In this document: piece by piece, positions 31,590 through 41,339 of the stretch | How the letters are laid out: each line of letters begins with the position of its first letter | Position numbering within the stretch: the stretch's first letter is position 1 | Source of the DNA: a bacterium | Lineage (GTDB): Bacteria > UBA8248 | Assembly: GCA_963692865.2 (NCBI GenBank) | Contig: OY843592.1 | Location: forward strand, 2,048,001-2,112,000 | Length of the DNA stretch: 64,000 bases | Direction of reading: 5' to 3' | The notes under the pieces: generated by a model | Databases searched by the model: none | What the model saw: the letters and a program-made list of their open reading frames with translations, nothing else | What the model was told of the DNA's origin: nothing | Position numbers and translations under genes: made by a program

Positions 31590-31731
31590 GGTTGGCCTTG
31601 TAAATAATTGATAACGAATAGTTTTTTAGGGAATCGAATTTTCGTAGGAGTGTCGGGCTTCGCTGAGGAAGCGAAGCCCGAATGTGTCCGCCCTGTTTTT
31701 TACCGAACAGGTGAACGCGGAGGACGCATAT

Positions 31732-31992
31732 CGGGATGTTGAAAAAGTCCACAGAAGGAGCGCACCGAATTTCACTCCCCCTTGAGGGGGAGTGGGTGAG
31801 GTGAGGGGGTTTTACCCCCGAAACCGAACCGGTGGGGGGTAAAATGTGTTTTATCGCCATTCCGAATTATACCCCCCACCGAATCGCTTTCGGGCTTACG
31901 CCCTCAGCTCTTCGACTCCCCCTCAAGGGGGAGTGAAATTCAAAAGCGTGCACGCAACCAAAATCGCTCCCGAGGACTTTTTCAACAGCCCC
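31732..31992. mobile_element. MITE-like element (261 bp) inserted into the loop of a REP palindrome
   Basis: 19-bp ends CGGGATGTTGAAAAAGTCC / GGACTTTTTCAACAGCCCC; ATAT on both flanks; flanks rejoin to a GCATAT..ATGCGGCCCCTAC REP. Confidence 0.85.
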
Positions 31993-32116
31993 ATATGCGG
32001 CCCCTACACTCAATTCCACCCGGTGAGGAAATGAATGGCTTTTTGTGCGGGTAGGGGCAAAGTTCTTCTCGAGATCGACCCAAGATTCGCGAACCTCCCC
32101 TAGGGGTTCTGGAACC

Positions 32117-32839
32117 TCAATCCCCGAACAGCGATCCTTGAAGCTGTGGCGGCTTCTCTTGTTCCACATGCCTTTCGAGGCACGCCGCGTCGTCGTTCCT
32201 CGGGCTGTTGACCCGCTCGCTCACCGGATAATACGAAAAGGCCTCGGATGGATACGGCTTGAGCAGCGGCTGGAGGACCTTCGCTCTGTTCTCGCGCGGG
32301 TTCAGCCAGTCCGCGTAGGACGCCTCGGGCAGGATGACGGGCATCCGGTGGTGCAGTTCGGCCAGTTTTTTGTTCGCTTCCGTCGTGAGGATCGTGCAGG
32401 TTTCGAGAACGCTCCCCTCCGCCCCGGTCCAGCTCTCCCAGAGACCCGCAAACGCGAAGGGTTTTCCGTTTTCCAGATGAATGAACCAGGGCTGTTTTTT
32501 TCTCCCGTTCCCCGACCACTCGTAGAAGCCGTCCGCGGGGATGAGGCATCGCCTGTAGCGGAAGGCGGCGCGGAAGGCGGGTTTCTCGGCGGCGGTCTCG
32601 GAGCGCGCGTTGATTGTCCTGGCGCCGAAATCGGAGTCTTTCGCCCAGAAGGGCACCAGACCCCAGCGCGCCAGGGCGAGTTCGCGCGGCTTGTTCTCCC
32701 GGGAGCGGACGATGGCGACGTCCGTACCCGGCGAAACGTTGTAGCGGGGCGGCACGCCGCCTACCTTTTCGGGATTTTCCAGGCCCAAAATCTCGGCGAG
32801 CCAGGGGATGGGTTCTATGAGGGTGAAGCGTCCGCACAT
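32117..32839 (-). CDS. SRAP / SOS response-associated peptidase (YedK/HMCES-like abasic-site protein)
   Basis: MCGRF, RYNVSP, INARSET, RCLIPADGFYEW, HHRMPVIL. Confidence 0.95.
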   Translation of the reverse strand: MCGRFTLIEPIPWLAEILGLENPEKVGGVPPRYNVSPGTDVAIVRSRENKPRELALARWGLVPFWAKDSDFGARTINARSETAAEKPAFRAAFRYRRCLIPADGFYEWSGNGRKKQPWFIHLENGKPFAFAGLWESWTGAEGSVLETCTILTTEANKKLAELHHRMPVILPEASYADWLNPRENRAKVLQPLLKPYPSEAFSYYPVSERVNSPRNDDAACLERHVEQEKPPQLQGSLFGD

Positions 32840-32842
32840 CGC

Positions 32843-33889
32843 CTACAAACCCCGCCAGGCGACGCCGTTCGCCACGCCCTGGGGCGCTTCGCCGTTCAGC
32901 GCGCGGTGGACGTTCGCGAAGTAAATCTCGATTTCCCGGATGATGTTTTCATCGTCCCCGCCCGCGCAGTGCGGCGTGGGGATGACGTTCGGCAGGCGCA
33001 GCAGGGGGTGTTCGGGCGGAAAGGGTTCGGGGTCGAAGACGTCCAGCCCCGCGCCGCCGATGTGGCCGTCTGAGAGCGCGCGGTACATGGCCTCCTGGTC
33101 GATCAGCGGCCCGCGCCCGATGTTCAGAAGGTACGCCCCTCTGGGCAGCGCGCGAATCTCCTTCTCGCCGATGATGCCGCGCGTCTGCTCGTTCAGGCCC
33201 ACGCCGACCAGAAGCGCCTCTGTGTTTTCAAACAACTCCTCCCGTCCCACGGGTCGCGCGCCCAGCGCCTCGTCCACGGATTCGGGCAGGGGCGTTCGGT
33301 TCCAATACAGAATTTCCATCCCGAACGCGCGGGCGCGCAGGGCCACGCCGCGTCCGATGTCGCCCATCCCCAGGACGCCCAGGCGCATCCCGCGCAGGGG
33401 GGAGATGCCCTGCGTCTGCGTCCAGTTGTACGCGCTGCCGTCTGGCCTTTGGGGGGATGGGGGATTGCCCGAACCCTCGCGGGAGGCGCGGGTCGTTTCC
33501 TCAAAATTTCTCACGAGCGCAAGCAGCATCATGATGACGTGGTCCGCCACCGAATCGGTGATCGGCATGGGGAAGGTCATCACGGGCACGCCCGCCCGCG
33601 TGGCGCGCTCGATCTGGAGTTTTTCGAAGAAATAGCCGCCCGCCTGGATGAGCTTGAGATTCTTGGCGCGCGCATAAAAATCATCGGGCAGCGGGTCGTT
33701 TTCGCAGAAGAAAAAATCCGCATCTTGCATCGCCGCCATCCGCTTATCGGCGTCCGGTTCGATGATGAGTTCGATTCTTTCCTCATCCAGCGCGCGGGTG
33801 AGGCGCTCTCCGATATCGGGAGAGAAGGGCCTGCCGCGCAGGGCGCGGATGCAGGGCAGCATGCGTGCGACGACGCGGACACGGCGCAT
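32843..33889 (-). CDS. D-isomer-specific 2-hydroxyacid dehydrogenase
   Basis: GMGDIG, NIGRG, LDVFDPEP, TPHCAG. Confidence 0.9.
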   Translation of the reverse strand: MRRVRVVARMLPCIRALRGRPFSPDIGERLTRALDEERIELIIEPDADKRMAAMQDADFFFCENDPLPDDFYARAKNLKLIQAGGYFFEKLQIERATRAGVPVMTFPMPITDSVADHVIMMLLALVRNFEETTRASREGSGNPPSPQRPDGSAYNWTQTQGISPLRGMRLGVLGMGDIGRGVALRARAFGMEILYWNRTPLPESVDEALGARPVGREELFENTEALLVGVGLNEQTRGIIGEKEIRALPRGAYLLNIGRGPLIDQEAMYRALSDGHIGGAGLDVFDPEPFPPEHPLLRLPNVIPTPHCAGGDDENIIREIEIYFANVHRALNGEAPQGVANGVAWRGL

Positions 33890-33893
33890 GCGC

Positions 33894-35639
33894 TTACTCC
33901 GTCTTTCTCAGGAAGCCGAAGTCACAACCTTGGGGCGCCTGGAGCACGTTTTCGATGAACAGCCTGCCGTAGCCCCTGTCATAGTGAGGTGGCCTGGTTT
34001 CCAGAGCGGCGCGGCGGCGTTCGAGTTCTTCTTCTGGTACGTTCAGGTCGAGCCTCCGGTTCGGGACGTCCAGGGTGATCATGTCGCCGTCGCGAACCAG
34101 GGCGAGGGGGCCTCCCGCCGCCGCCTCGGGCGCAACGTGGAGCACGATGGTCCCCGACGCCGTGCCGCTCATGCGCGCGTCCGAAACGCGCACCACGTCG
34201 CGCACGCCCGCTTCGAGCAGCTTCTTCGGCAGTGGCAGAGAACCCGCCTCCGGGAAGCCGGGCGCGCCGATGGGGCCGGTGTTCTGGAGGACGAAGACGC
34301 TCTCCGCCGTGGCGGGGAGGTCGGGGTCGTCGATGCGCTCGATCATGTCCTGCTGGGATGTGAACACGACCGCAGACCCCGTGTGGGTCAGCAGATCGGA
34401 GCCTGCCGCCGACACCTTGATGACCGCCCCGTCGGGCGCGAGCGAGCCCTTGACGATCACGAGGCCGCCTTCTTTCGATATGGGCTTCTCCCGCGTGTAG
34501 ATGACGTCCTGCCAGGGCTGCGCCCTTTGGACTTTTGCGAGGTTTTCCGTCACGCTCTCTCCCGTCACGGTGAGGCAATCCCCGTGGAGGAGGGGTTCGA
34601 GTTCCTTCATCACCACGGGGATGCCGCCCGCCGCCGCGAGGTCTTCCATCAGGTATTTCTTCCCCGATGGGCGGATGTTGCCGATCATGGGCGTGGTGCG
34701 CGAGATTTCATCGAACAGCGAGAGCGGAAGGTCGATCCCCAGCCTTCCGGCGATGGCCGGCAGGTGGACGACGGCGTTCGTCGAGCCGCCCACGGCCATG
34801 AGCACGCGGATGGCGTTCTCGAACGCCTCGCGCGCGATGATCTTATCGGGCGTAACGTCTTTTTCGATCAGGTCGACGATGCGCCGCCCGCTCTGCTCCG
34901 CCAGACGCATGCGGTTCGAGTTCACCGCCGGGATCGCCGCGAGTCCGGGGAGCATCATGCCCATCGCCTCGGTGAGCGAGGCCATGGTGCTCGCCGTGCC
35001 CATCACCATGCAGGTTCCCGTGGAGGGGAACAGCGATCCCTGCACCTCTTCGAGCCTGTCGTCGTCGTAGTTGCCTGCCCGGTATTCGGCCCACGTTCCC
35101 CGGCAGTCCGAGCACGCGCCCAGCACCTTGTCCTCGAAGCGGCCGCCGATCATCGGCCCCGCCGTCACGCAGATGGCGGGAATGCCCGCGCTGGCCGCGC
35201 CCATGAGCTGCGCGGGCAGGGTCTTGTCACAGCCGCCGAGCAGCACCACGCCGTCCATGGGCTGGCCCTTGATCATCTCCTCGGTGTCCATCGAGAGGAG
35301 GTTTCTGAAGAACATGGCCGTGGGGTTCATGTACATCTCGCCCAGGGAGATGGTGGGAAATTCCAGCGGCAGTCCGCCTGATTGCCACACGCCGCGCTTC
35401 ACGGCCTCGGCGACCTCGCGCAGGTGGCGGTGGCAGGGATTGAGTTCGCTCCAGGTCTGCGCGATGCCGACGATGGGTTTTTCCAGGTCCTCTTTCGTAA
35501 GCCCGAACCCCCGCGCGTAGGCGCCTCTTGCGAAAACGCTGAAGCCCGGGTCGCCATAGTTCGTCAGTCCTCTCAGGTGTCCCCGCATCTTGGAAAGCAC
35601 TCCTTTGGGTGTAGGTTTTCGGGAATCCATCCGCATCAT
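33894..35639 (-). CDS. IlvD/Edd family dehydratase (sugar-acid dehydratase type)
   Basis: NPCH, GCDKT, GTCMVMGTASTM, GGSTN, SDARMSGT. Confidence 0.92.
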   Translation of the reverse strand: MMRMDSRKPTPKGVLSKMRGHLRGLTNYGDPGFSVFARGAYARGFGLTKEDLEKPIVGIAQTWSELNPCHRHLREVAEAVKRGVWQSGGLPLEFPTISLGEMYMNPTAMFFRNLLSMDTEEMIKGQPMDGVVLLGGCDKTLPAQLMGAASAGIPAICVTAGPMIGGRFEDKVLGACSDCRGTWAEYRAGNYDDDRLEEVQGSLFPSTGTCMVMGTASTMASLTEAMGMMLPGLAAIPAVNSNRMRLAEQSGRRIVDLIEKDVTPDKIIAREAFENAIRVLMAVGGSTNAVVHLPAIAGRLGIDLPLSLFDEISRTTPMIGNIRPSGKKYLMEDLAAAGGIPVVMKELEPLLHGDCLTVTGESVTENLAKVQRAQPWQDVIYTREKPISKEGGLVIVKGSLAPDGAVIKVSAAGSDLLTHTGSAVVFTSQQDMIERIDDPDLPATAESVFVLQNTGPIGAPGFPEAGSLPLPKKLLEAGVRDVVRVSDARMSGTASGTIVLHVAPEAAAGGPLALVRDGDMITLDVPNRRLDLNVPEEELERRRAALETRPPHYDRGYGRLFIENVLQAPQGCDFGFLRKTE

Positions 35640-35764
35640 TCCTCATGGGCGGGGAATGGGCAAGCGCATCCGGCGGTCGCCCCTTTCCGCGGCTTTTGCT
35701 CTCGCCCGAAACAGGTTACATTGAATGAAGTAAGGCTCAGGACTCGCGCGACAGGAGGATGAGC

Positions 35765-36349
35765 ATGCAACACAGGCTATCTGCTTCATTTTTGCCGCCG
35801 AAGCGCTCCATCCGTTCCATTTTCATATTGTTCACGCTTCTCACTCTGGCGGCGGGCGCGGGGTGCGCCCGTGGGAAAAAGTCCGCCGAAACCCCGCGCA
35901 GCGGCAAGGGCGAAATTATCGTGACGAGCAGGCCCGAGGGCGCCGTCATCATCTTCAACGGCAACCTGCGCGGGGAGGCTTATAAACTGAGGCCCGTCGA
36001 GATCAAGGGCGTCGACTACGGGCGTCATTCGGTTCGGGCGGAGTTTCCGGGCTACGTCGGCCGGGTCGTGGAATTCGACGTGCGCGCGAAGAAGACGCCC
36101 GTCGAGATACGGCTGACGAAAAACGGCGCCGGCCGCCTGGTCGTCCATTCGAATCCGCCGGGCGCGGAAGTCTTTATCAACAGCCGGTATTTCGGCAAGG
36201 CCGAACCGATGCTCAAGGTGCCGAGTCTCGCGCCGGGCGAGTATTCGATGTGGCTGCGTTTGCCGGGATACGGGATGGAGCGCCGCAAAGTCATCGTCGA
36301 GCGAAGGCGCGAGCGCCGCTACATGGTCGTCCTGGACAAAACGCCTTGA
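35765..36349 (+). CDS. PEGA-domain lipoprotein
   Basis: Lipobox-like GAGC; two S.PxGA.(V/I) PEGA repeats. Confidence 0.8.
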   Translation: MQHRLSASFLPPKRSIRSIFILFTLLTLAAGAGCARGKKSAETPRSGKGEIIVTSRPEGAVIIFNGNLRGEAYKLRPVEIKGVDYGRHSVRAEFPGYVGRVVEFDVRAKKTPVEIRLTKNGAGRLVVHSNPPGAEVFINSRYFGKAEPMLKVPSLAPGEYSMWLRLPGYGMERRKVIVERRRERRYMVVLDKTP

Positions 36350-36426
36350 ATCTATCCAATCGCTGAGCGGCCGGCCTGACGAAAGCTGAACTGACAACCC
36401 GATTTGCGCCGGTTACCCGCGCTTCG

Positions 36427-36852
36427 GGGGTTGTTGGAAAAGCCACGCAGGAGAAAAGCAGAGGGGTTTGTAGGTCAGACATATATGTCTGACATATCAT
36501 GCGGCCCGTTCGCGGGAGGCATGAAAATCCGGGTCGCATGATATGCGACCCCTACACTTGCGTTGCAGATGGGGTCGCCTATGCACAATCGGGCGCCATA
36601 TCACCCTCACCCTGAGTAGCCGCCGAAGGCGGCGTATCGAAGGGCGAGGGGAGTCGAACGCCTCGCGCCGGGCGAGAAGGCATCCTTCGATACGCGGCTT
36701 CGCCGCTACTCAGGATGAGGCGGAGGGGGGTTTTGCACCAGTCCTGCACATGCGTCCCTTTGCTTTTGCCCGTCATTCCGGTTTTCGCCGGAATGGCGGG
36801 CAAGGCGAAAATCATTCCCTCTCTCGTTAATCGGGGCTTTTTCAACAGCTCC
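36427..36852. mobile_element. MITE-like element (426 bp) carrying several REP families
   Basis: GGGGTTGTTGGAAAAGCC ... GGCTTTTTCAACAGCTCC flanked by GCTTCG on both sides. Confidence 0.8.
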
Positions 36853-36986
36853 GCTTCGGCGCCGATTTGCGGACTTGATCCGTGATGGCGATGCCTTTAT
36901 CTTGTTGAACTCGTTCCGGATGAAACTTTCGGGCTTCTTCGGATATGGGCGCTTCGCATTTGCAGGTAGCGTCAAGGAGACGAGAG

Positions 36987-38093
36987 ATGTCCACCGAATA
37001 CATATGGGCGCTTTGCTCCCACAGAGCGGGGGACGGGTCGCAGGTGAACCAGAAGACGCCCGAGCGCCCCGCCACCCTGGATTATTTGGCGGAAGTCACG
37101 GCGACGGCCGAGGAGGCGGGCTTCGCCAACATCCTCGTGCCGTGCGGCACGCACTGCATCGACGCCTGGACGACGGCGGGCGCGATTTCGAGCCGGACGA
37201 AGAAAATCAAGTTTCTCGTGGCTTTCAGACCCGGAATCACCGGTCCGGTCTATGCGGCGCAGCAGGCGAACAGCCTCGATTATCTCACGCGCGGGCGGTG
37301 CACCCTGAACGTGGTGACGGGCAGCACGCCCGTGGATCAGAAAAGATACGGGGATTTCATGCCGCACGACGATCGCTACGCGCGAACGGGCGAGTTCCTG
37401 GACGTGGTGCGCAAGCTCTGGAACGCGGAGGGCCCCCTGGACTACAAGGGGAAATTCTTTGAAATCGAAAACGCAAGCATCTTTCCCGAGCGGGTGACGA
37501 AGCCGAATCCCCCGATTTTCCTGGCGGGCAGCTCCGAGCCGGGCAAGCGCGTGGCGTGGGAGCACGGCGACGTGCACGTCATGTACGCGGCCGAGCCCGA
37601 GGTTGTCGGGAAGGACATCGAGGAGGGCAGGCGCGAGTCCCAGGCGTACGAGCGGGAGCGGCCGCTCAGCTACGGCATCCGCCATCTCGTCTGCGTGCGC
37701 GAGACGAGGGAAGAGGCTGTGCGCGCCGCCGAGGCGCTCATCGACAAGAGCGACATCTCGAACACGGGCACCTGGAGCGACATGAAGAACAACACCGAAT
37801 CCACCGGCCAGATGCGCATCAACGAGATGGGCTCGCGCGGGAGCCTCTGGCTCACCGACACGATCTGGATGGGCGTGAACCGGGTGCGCGGCGGCGCGGG
37901 GACGATGTTCGTCGGCACGCCGGACATGGTCGCCGACGTGATTCGCGAGTATTACGACGCGGGCGTGCGGCACTTCATCATGAACGGATGGCCCCACAAG
38001 GAAGAGGCGGAAATTTTCGGCAGGGAGGTTCTGCCGCTTCTCAAGGATACCGAACCCGTCGTACTGCCCGAGCCCGCCGGCGTCGCAGCGTAA
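36987..38093 (+). CDS. LLM-class flavin-dependent monooxygenase (SsuD-like)
   Basis: AEEAGF..ILVP, FLVAFRPG, LNVVTG, HDDRYAR, FLAGSS. Confidence 0.9.
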   Translation: MSTEYIWALCSHRAGDGSQVNQKTPERPATLDYLAEVTATAEEAGFANILVPCGTHCIDAWTTAGAISSRTKKIKFLVAFRPGITGPVYAAQQANSLDYLTRGRCTLNVVTGSTPVDQKRYGDFMPHDDRYARTGEFLDVVRKLWNAEGPLDYKGKFFEIENASIFPERVTKPNPPIFLAGSSEPGKRVAWEHGDVHVMYAAEPEVVGKDIEEGRRESQAYERERPLSYGIRHLVCVRETREEAVRAAEALIDKSDISNTGTWSDMKNNTESTGQMRINEMGSRGSLWLTDTIWMGVNRVRGGAGTMFVGTPDMVADVIREYYDAGVRHFIMNGWPHKEEAEIFGREVLPLLKDTEPVVLPEPAGVAA

Positions 38094-38108
38094 ACGCAAA
38101 AACACGAA

Positions 38109-38642
38109 ATGACCCCCTACATTCTCGTCTTCGGCGGCAGCCGCAGGCCGCAAAACAACACCGACAAGGCCCTCGCATTAGCGCTCGATGAGTTGGGCGA
38201 GGGCGATTTCGAGATCAGGCGCGTTCATCTGGGCGAACTGGATCTCCCTCTGCCGGGTGAGCCGAGCGAGTCGAAAGACCCCGATAAGCTCAAGGAACTC
38301 GTGACGGGGGCGGCGGGCATCCTCATTGCGACGCCCGAGTATCACGGCAGCATCAGCAGCACGCTCAAGCTGGCGATTGACAACCTGGGCTATCCCTCCA
38401 CCTTCGAGGGCAAGACCATCGCCATCTTCGGCGTGGCGATGGGGCCGAGCGCGGACAACGCACTCGCGCACCTGAGACACATTCTCACCCACATCGGCGG
38501 AGAGGTTCTGCCCGGACAGGCTTCGGTCGGGAGCGTCCACAAGGTCTTCGGCGAGGATGGTCGCTGCGTGGATGAGGAGGCGGAGGCAGAGATTCGGGGC
38601 GTCGCCGCTCGTTTGATTGGTCATCTCAAGAATTCATCCTGA
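38109..38642 (+). CDS. NADPH-dependent FMN reductase
   Basis: GS.R, TPEYHGS, LKLAID. Confidence 0.9.
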   Translation: MTPYILVFGGSRRPQNNTDKALALALDELGEGDFEIRRVHLGELDLPLPGEPSESKDPDKLKELVTGAAGILIATPEYHGSISSTLKLAIDNLGYPSTFEGKTIAIFGVAMGPSADNALAHLRHILTHIGGEVLPGQASVGSVHKVFGEDGRCVDEEAEAEIRGVAARLIGHLKNSS

Positions 38643-38650
38643 AACGAATA

Positions 38651-39430
38651 ATGACGGACTCCCCCACCAGTTTTCTGCACCGGCCGGGAAAATCTTCGCT
38701 CGCCTGGTTCCGGCTGGAGGGCGAATCGCCCGGCCTGATGTTCCTGGGCGGTTTCCGCTCGGACATGAGCGGGACGAAGGCGAGCGCGCTGGAAGCCCAT
38801 TGCCGAAAAGTCGGGCGCGCCTACGTCCGCTTCGATTACGGCGGACACGGGGAATCTTCCGGGAAATTCGAGGAGGGCACCATCGGCGAGTGGGCGGAGG
38901 ACGCTCTCGCGATACTGGACGGCGTCGCACAGGGTTCTCAGGTGCTCGTGGGATCCAGCATGGGCGCGTGGATGATGCTGCTCGCCGCCCTGGCCCGGCC
39001 CGAACGCGTGAAGGGTCTTGTGGGCGTGGCGTCGGGCCCCGACTTCACGGCGGGCTTCAAAAAACACAGGCTCACCGAAGAATTAAAGGGAGAACTCGAC
39101 GAGCGGGGATATATCATGCACCCGCCGAATATCTGGGAGGAGCCGTACCCCATCACCAAAAAGCTGCTCGATGAGGGGGACAACCATCTGCTCCTGCGCG
39201 GTGAAATCGATGTAACTTGTCCCGTGCGTCTCATCCACGGAATGTGCGATGAGACCATTTCCTGGGAGGTTTCCTTGAAACTGGCGAAGCTCCTGAAAGG
39301 CGACGATGTGCGACTCACGCTCGTCAAGGACGGCGGCCACCGGCTCTCGCGGGATGCGGACATCGAACTCATCATCCGGACGGCAGAGGAGTTGGCTGCG
39401 GGGCAGGGGGAGGCAACGGTCGATTTGTGA
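38651..39430 (+). CDS. alpha/beta hydrolase (ABHD10-like)
   Basis: GFRSDM.GTKA, RFDYGGHG, GSSMG, GGHRLSR. Confidence 0.9.
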   Translation: MTDSPTSFLHRPGKSSLAWFRLEGESPGLMFLGGFRSDMSGTKASALEAHCRKVGRAYVRFDYGGHGESSGKFEEGTIGEWAEDALAILDGVAQGSQVLVGSSMGAWMMLLAALARPERVKGLVGVASGPDFTAGFKKHRLTEELKGELDERGYIMHPPNIWEEPYPITKKLLDEGDNHLLLRGEIDVTCPVRLIHGMCDETISWEVSLKLAKLLKGDDVRLTLVKDGGHRLSRDADIELIIRTAEELAAGQGEATVDL

Positions 39431-39530
39431 AGCACTTGATGGGATGGAAAGCGCATCGCCTTGTTGTAAACAAATATGAAATTTGTTATCATTTTGTAGT
39501 GTCTAGGTGTGGTGTCCATGAGGAGGTTGA

Positions 39531-40043
39531 ATGATCGGAGCCGATGCCTCCCCGTTAATCGTCTTTGCCAAGATTGGTCGCCTGAGGTTTTTGAAAGAAC
39601 TCTACGATGAGGTGTTGATAGGGCCTGTAGTGAAGGAGGAGACAATCGACGCCGGCAAGGTTGTTCGCGCCTTGGGCGTAGAGCAACTCGAATCCGCTAT
39701 GGAAGACGGCTGGCTGCAGGTGGTTCGCTTGACTGGTGAAGAACAAGACCTGATGCGACGACTCAGTGACCGCTCTCGGCTCGATAACGGGGAGTCCGAG
39801 TCTATCGCGCTTGCGAGTGCACGGGGCTTGCAACTGATCGTTGACGATAAAGAGGCCCGAAGCATGGCCGCCGCCGCGGGAATAGAACACATCGGCGCTG
39901 TCGGTGCATTGTTGGAAGCATACTTTCGAGGACATCTCGACTTGGAGGAACTGGAAGTCACGGTTCAGGACATTACCCGGATTCTGTGGCTTTCCCCATC
40001 CGTTGTGGCGGAAGTATTGCGAATCGCGCGGGAGGCGAAGTGA
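39531..40043 (+). CDS. PIN-domain protein (DUF3368 family), putative toxin
   Basis: DASPLI, V.EE, LDNGESESIALA, IVDDKEAR, G.VG.L. Confidence 0.85.
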   Translation: MIGADASPLIVFAKIGRLRFLKELYDEVLIGPVVKEETIDAGKVVRALGVEQLESAMEDGWLQVVRLTGEEQDLMRRLSDRSRLDNGESESIALASARGLQLIVDDKEARSMAAAAGIEHIGAVGALLEAYFRGHLDLEELEVTVQDITRILWLSPSVVAEVLRIAREAK

Positions 40044-40360
40044 TGAAAAAAGAGCGTATGGTGGGCGCGAGGCTTCCCCTGGAACTGGTCCGCGAACTGG
40101 AACTCATCGAGAACGTGGAGCAGTCCGACCGTTCGACCACCCTGCGAAAGCTGCTGTCGAACGCCGTCCGGCAGTGGAAGCTGGAGCACTACGCCCGGCT
40201 GTACGGGGACGGGAAGGTGACCCTCGCGCGGGCGGCCCGCGATGCGGGAGTTTCCCTGTGGGAGATGATGGACTATGCGCGCATACGAAAAACGCCGGTC
40301 CAATACGACCTCGAAGATCTCGAGCGGGACCTGCAAACCATCCATCAAGGGGATGCGTAG
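40043..40360 (+). CDS. UPF0175-family putative antitoxin with RHH-like N-terminus
   Basis: VGARLP..DRST.LRKLL; LY..GKVTLARAA..AGVSLWEM; YD.EDLERDL; TGATG overlap with the PIN gene. Confidence 0.85.
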   Translation: MKKERMVGARLPLELVRELELIENVEQSDRSTTLRKLLSNAVRQWKLEHYARLYGDGKVTLARAARDAGVSLWEMMDYARIRKTPVQYDLEDLERDLQTIHQGDA

Positions 40361-40463
40361 CTCAAATTCGGTTTGAACAGGTGTTGCCCTCTCGACCCGC
40401 ATGAATGGGTTCCCCCCTGTCGATGTTCGCCCCGACGCGTCTGCGCGATTGATGATGCGCGGC

Positions 40464-40493
40464 TTGACACCAAGTCTTTGTTATCGTTAGTCT
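40464..40493 (+). promoter_or_regulatory. possible sigma70 promoter of the eL13-domain gene
   Basis: TTGACA-N18-TAGTCT. Confidence 0.4.
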
Positions 40494-40545
40494 TAACCCG
40501 TAAGTTTTCTTATTTCTCTTACCGCCCCCTTACAATCCTTTGAAG

Positions 40546-41322
40546 ATGGTTTTCTGCCGGGACGAATTATCGACCTCAAAGGGGGGCGCGAAAATCAAAA
40601 AGAAACTTTTCAACCGCATCGCGCGTCACAAGGGTTCCACACCTGCCGAACCGGATGAGGGGCATGAAATTCCGCCTCCCTCGGCCATCGAACCGGGAGT
40701 GCCGTATTCGGCTGAAGATCCGGAGGGCGAAAGCTATGGCTCTCATATGGAGTTGGAGCTGCTGGCTGCCGATGAGCCTTCGCGCACGGATTCGACGAAC
40801 GGTGTGGATGCCGAAGAAAGCGGCCGCCATGTCGCAGCAGAGGCATCGGCGGCCTTGGTCCCGGACGATTCACCGGATGATTCCGAACCGTCTCGTGAGG
40901 TCGAGGCGCACCGGGAGTATGGTCTTGAAATGGAAGTTTTGGCTTCGCCGGGAGTAGACGAGTCGCCTGCTGCGCCGGAGCCGTCTCAAGAAGATGATGA
41001 AACCGTCCCGGATGCAGCCGAAAGCGTCCCGGAGGTTCCTGCGTCCGAACCGGAGAGCCTCGATGCGAGTGGTGGGGAAACTGCGGACGACCCCGCGGAT
41101 GCTCCACCGGAAACGTCCGCAGCGGACAATGGACTCTCCGCCCTCGTCAGGGATGCGCGCGGCGACTGGCGGCCCGGAAAGGGCTTCAGCCGGAGCGAAT
41201 TGCGGGAAGCCGGCCTGAGCCTCGCCGAGGCCGCGCGTCTGCGTATCCGCGTCGACAAGCGCCGCCGCAATTCGCACCCGATGAACGTCGCGGCCCTTGA
41301 AAAAGCGAAAAATAAAGCCTGA
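40546..41322 (+). CDS. protein with acidic disordered N-terminus and C-terminal ribosomal protein eL13 (L13e)-like domain
   Basis: C-terminal RPGKGFSRSELREAGLSLAEAARLRIRVDKRRRNSHPMNVAAL fits the eL13 signature R.G(R/K)GFS..EL..AG......A..(L/I).I.VD.RR; start codon uncertain. Confidence 0.8.
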   Translation: MVFCRDELSTSKGGAKIKKKLFNRIARHKGSTPAEPDEGHEIPPPSAIEPGVPYSAEDPEGESYGSHMELELLAADEPSRTDSTNGVDAEESGRHVAAEASAALVPDDSPDDSEPSREVEAHREYGLEMEVLASPGVDESPAAPEPSQEDDETVPDAAESVPEVPASEPESLDASGGETADDPADAPPETSAADNGLSALVRDARGDWRPGKGFSRSELREAGLSLAEAARLRIRVDKRRRNSHPMNVAALEKAKNKA

Positions 41323-41339
41323 GGCGAGGCGACGTGCCC

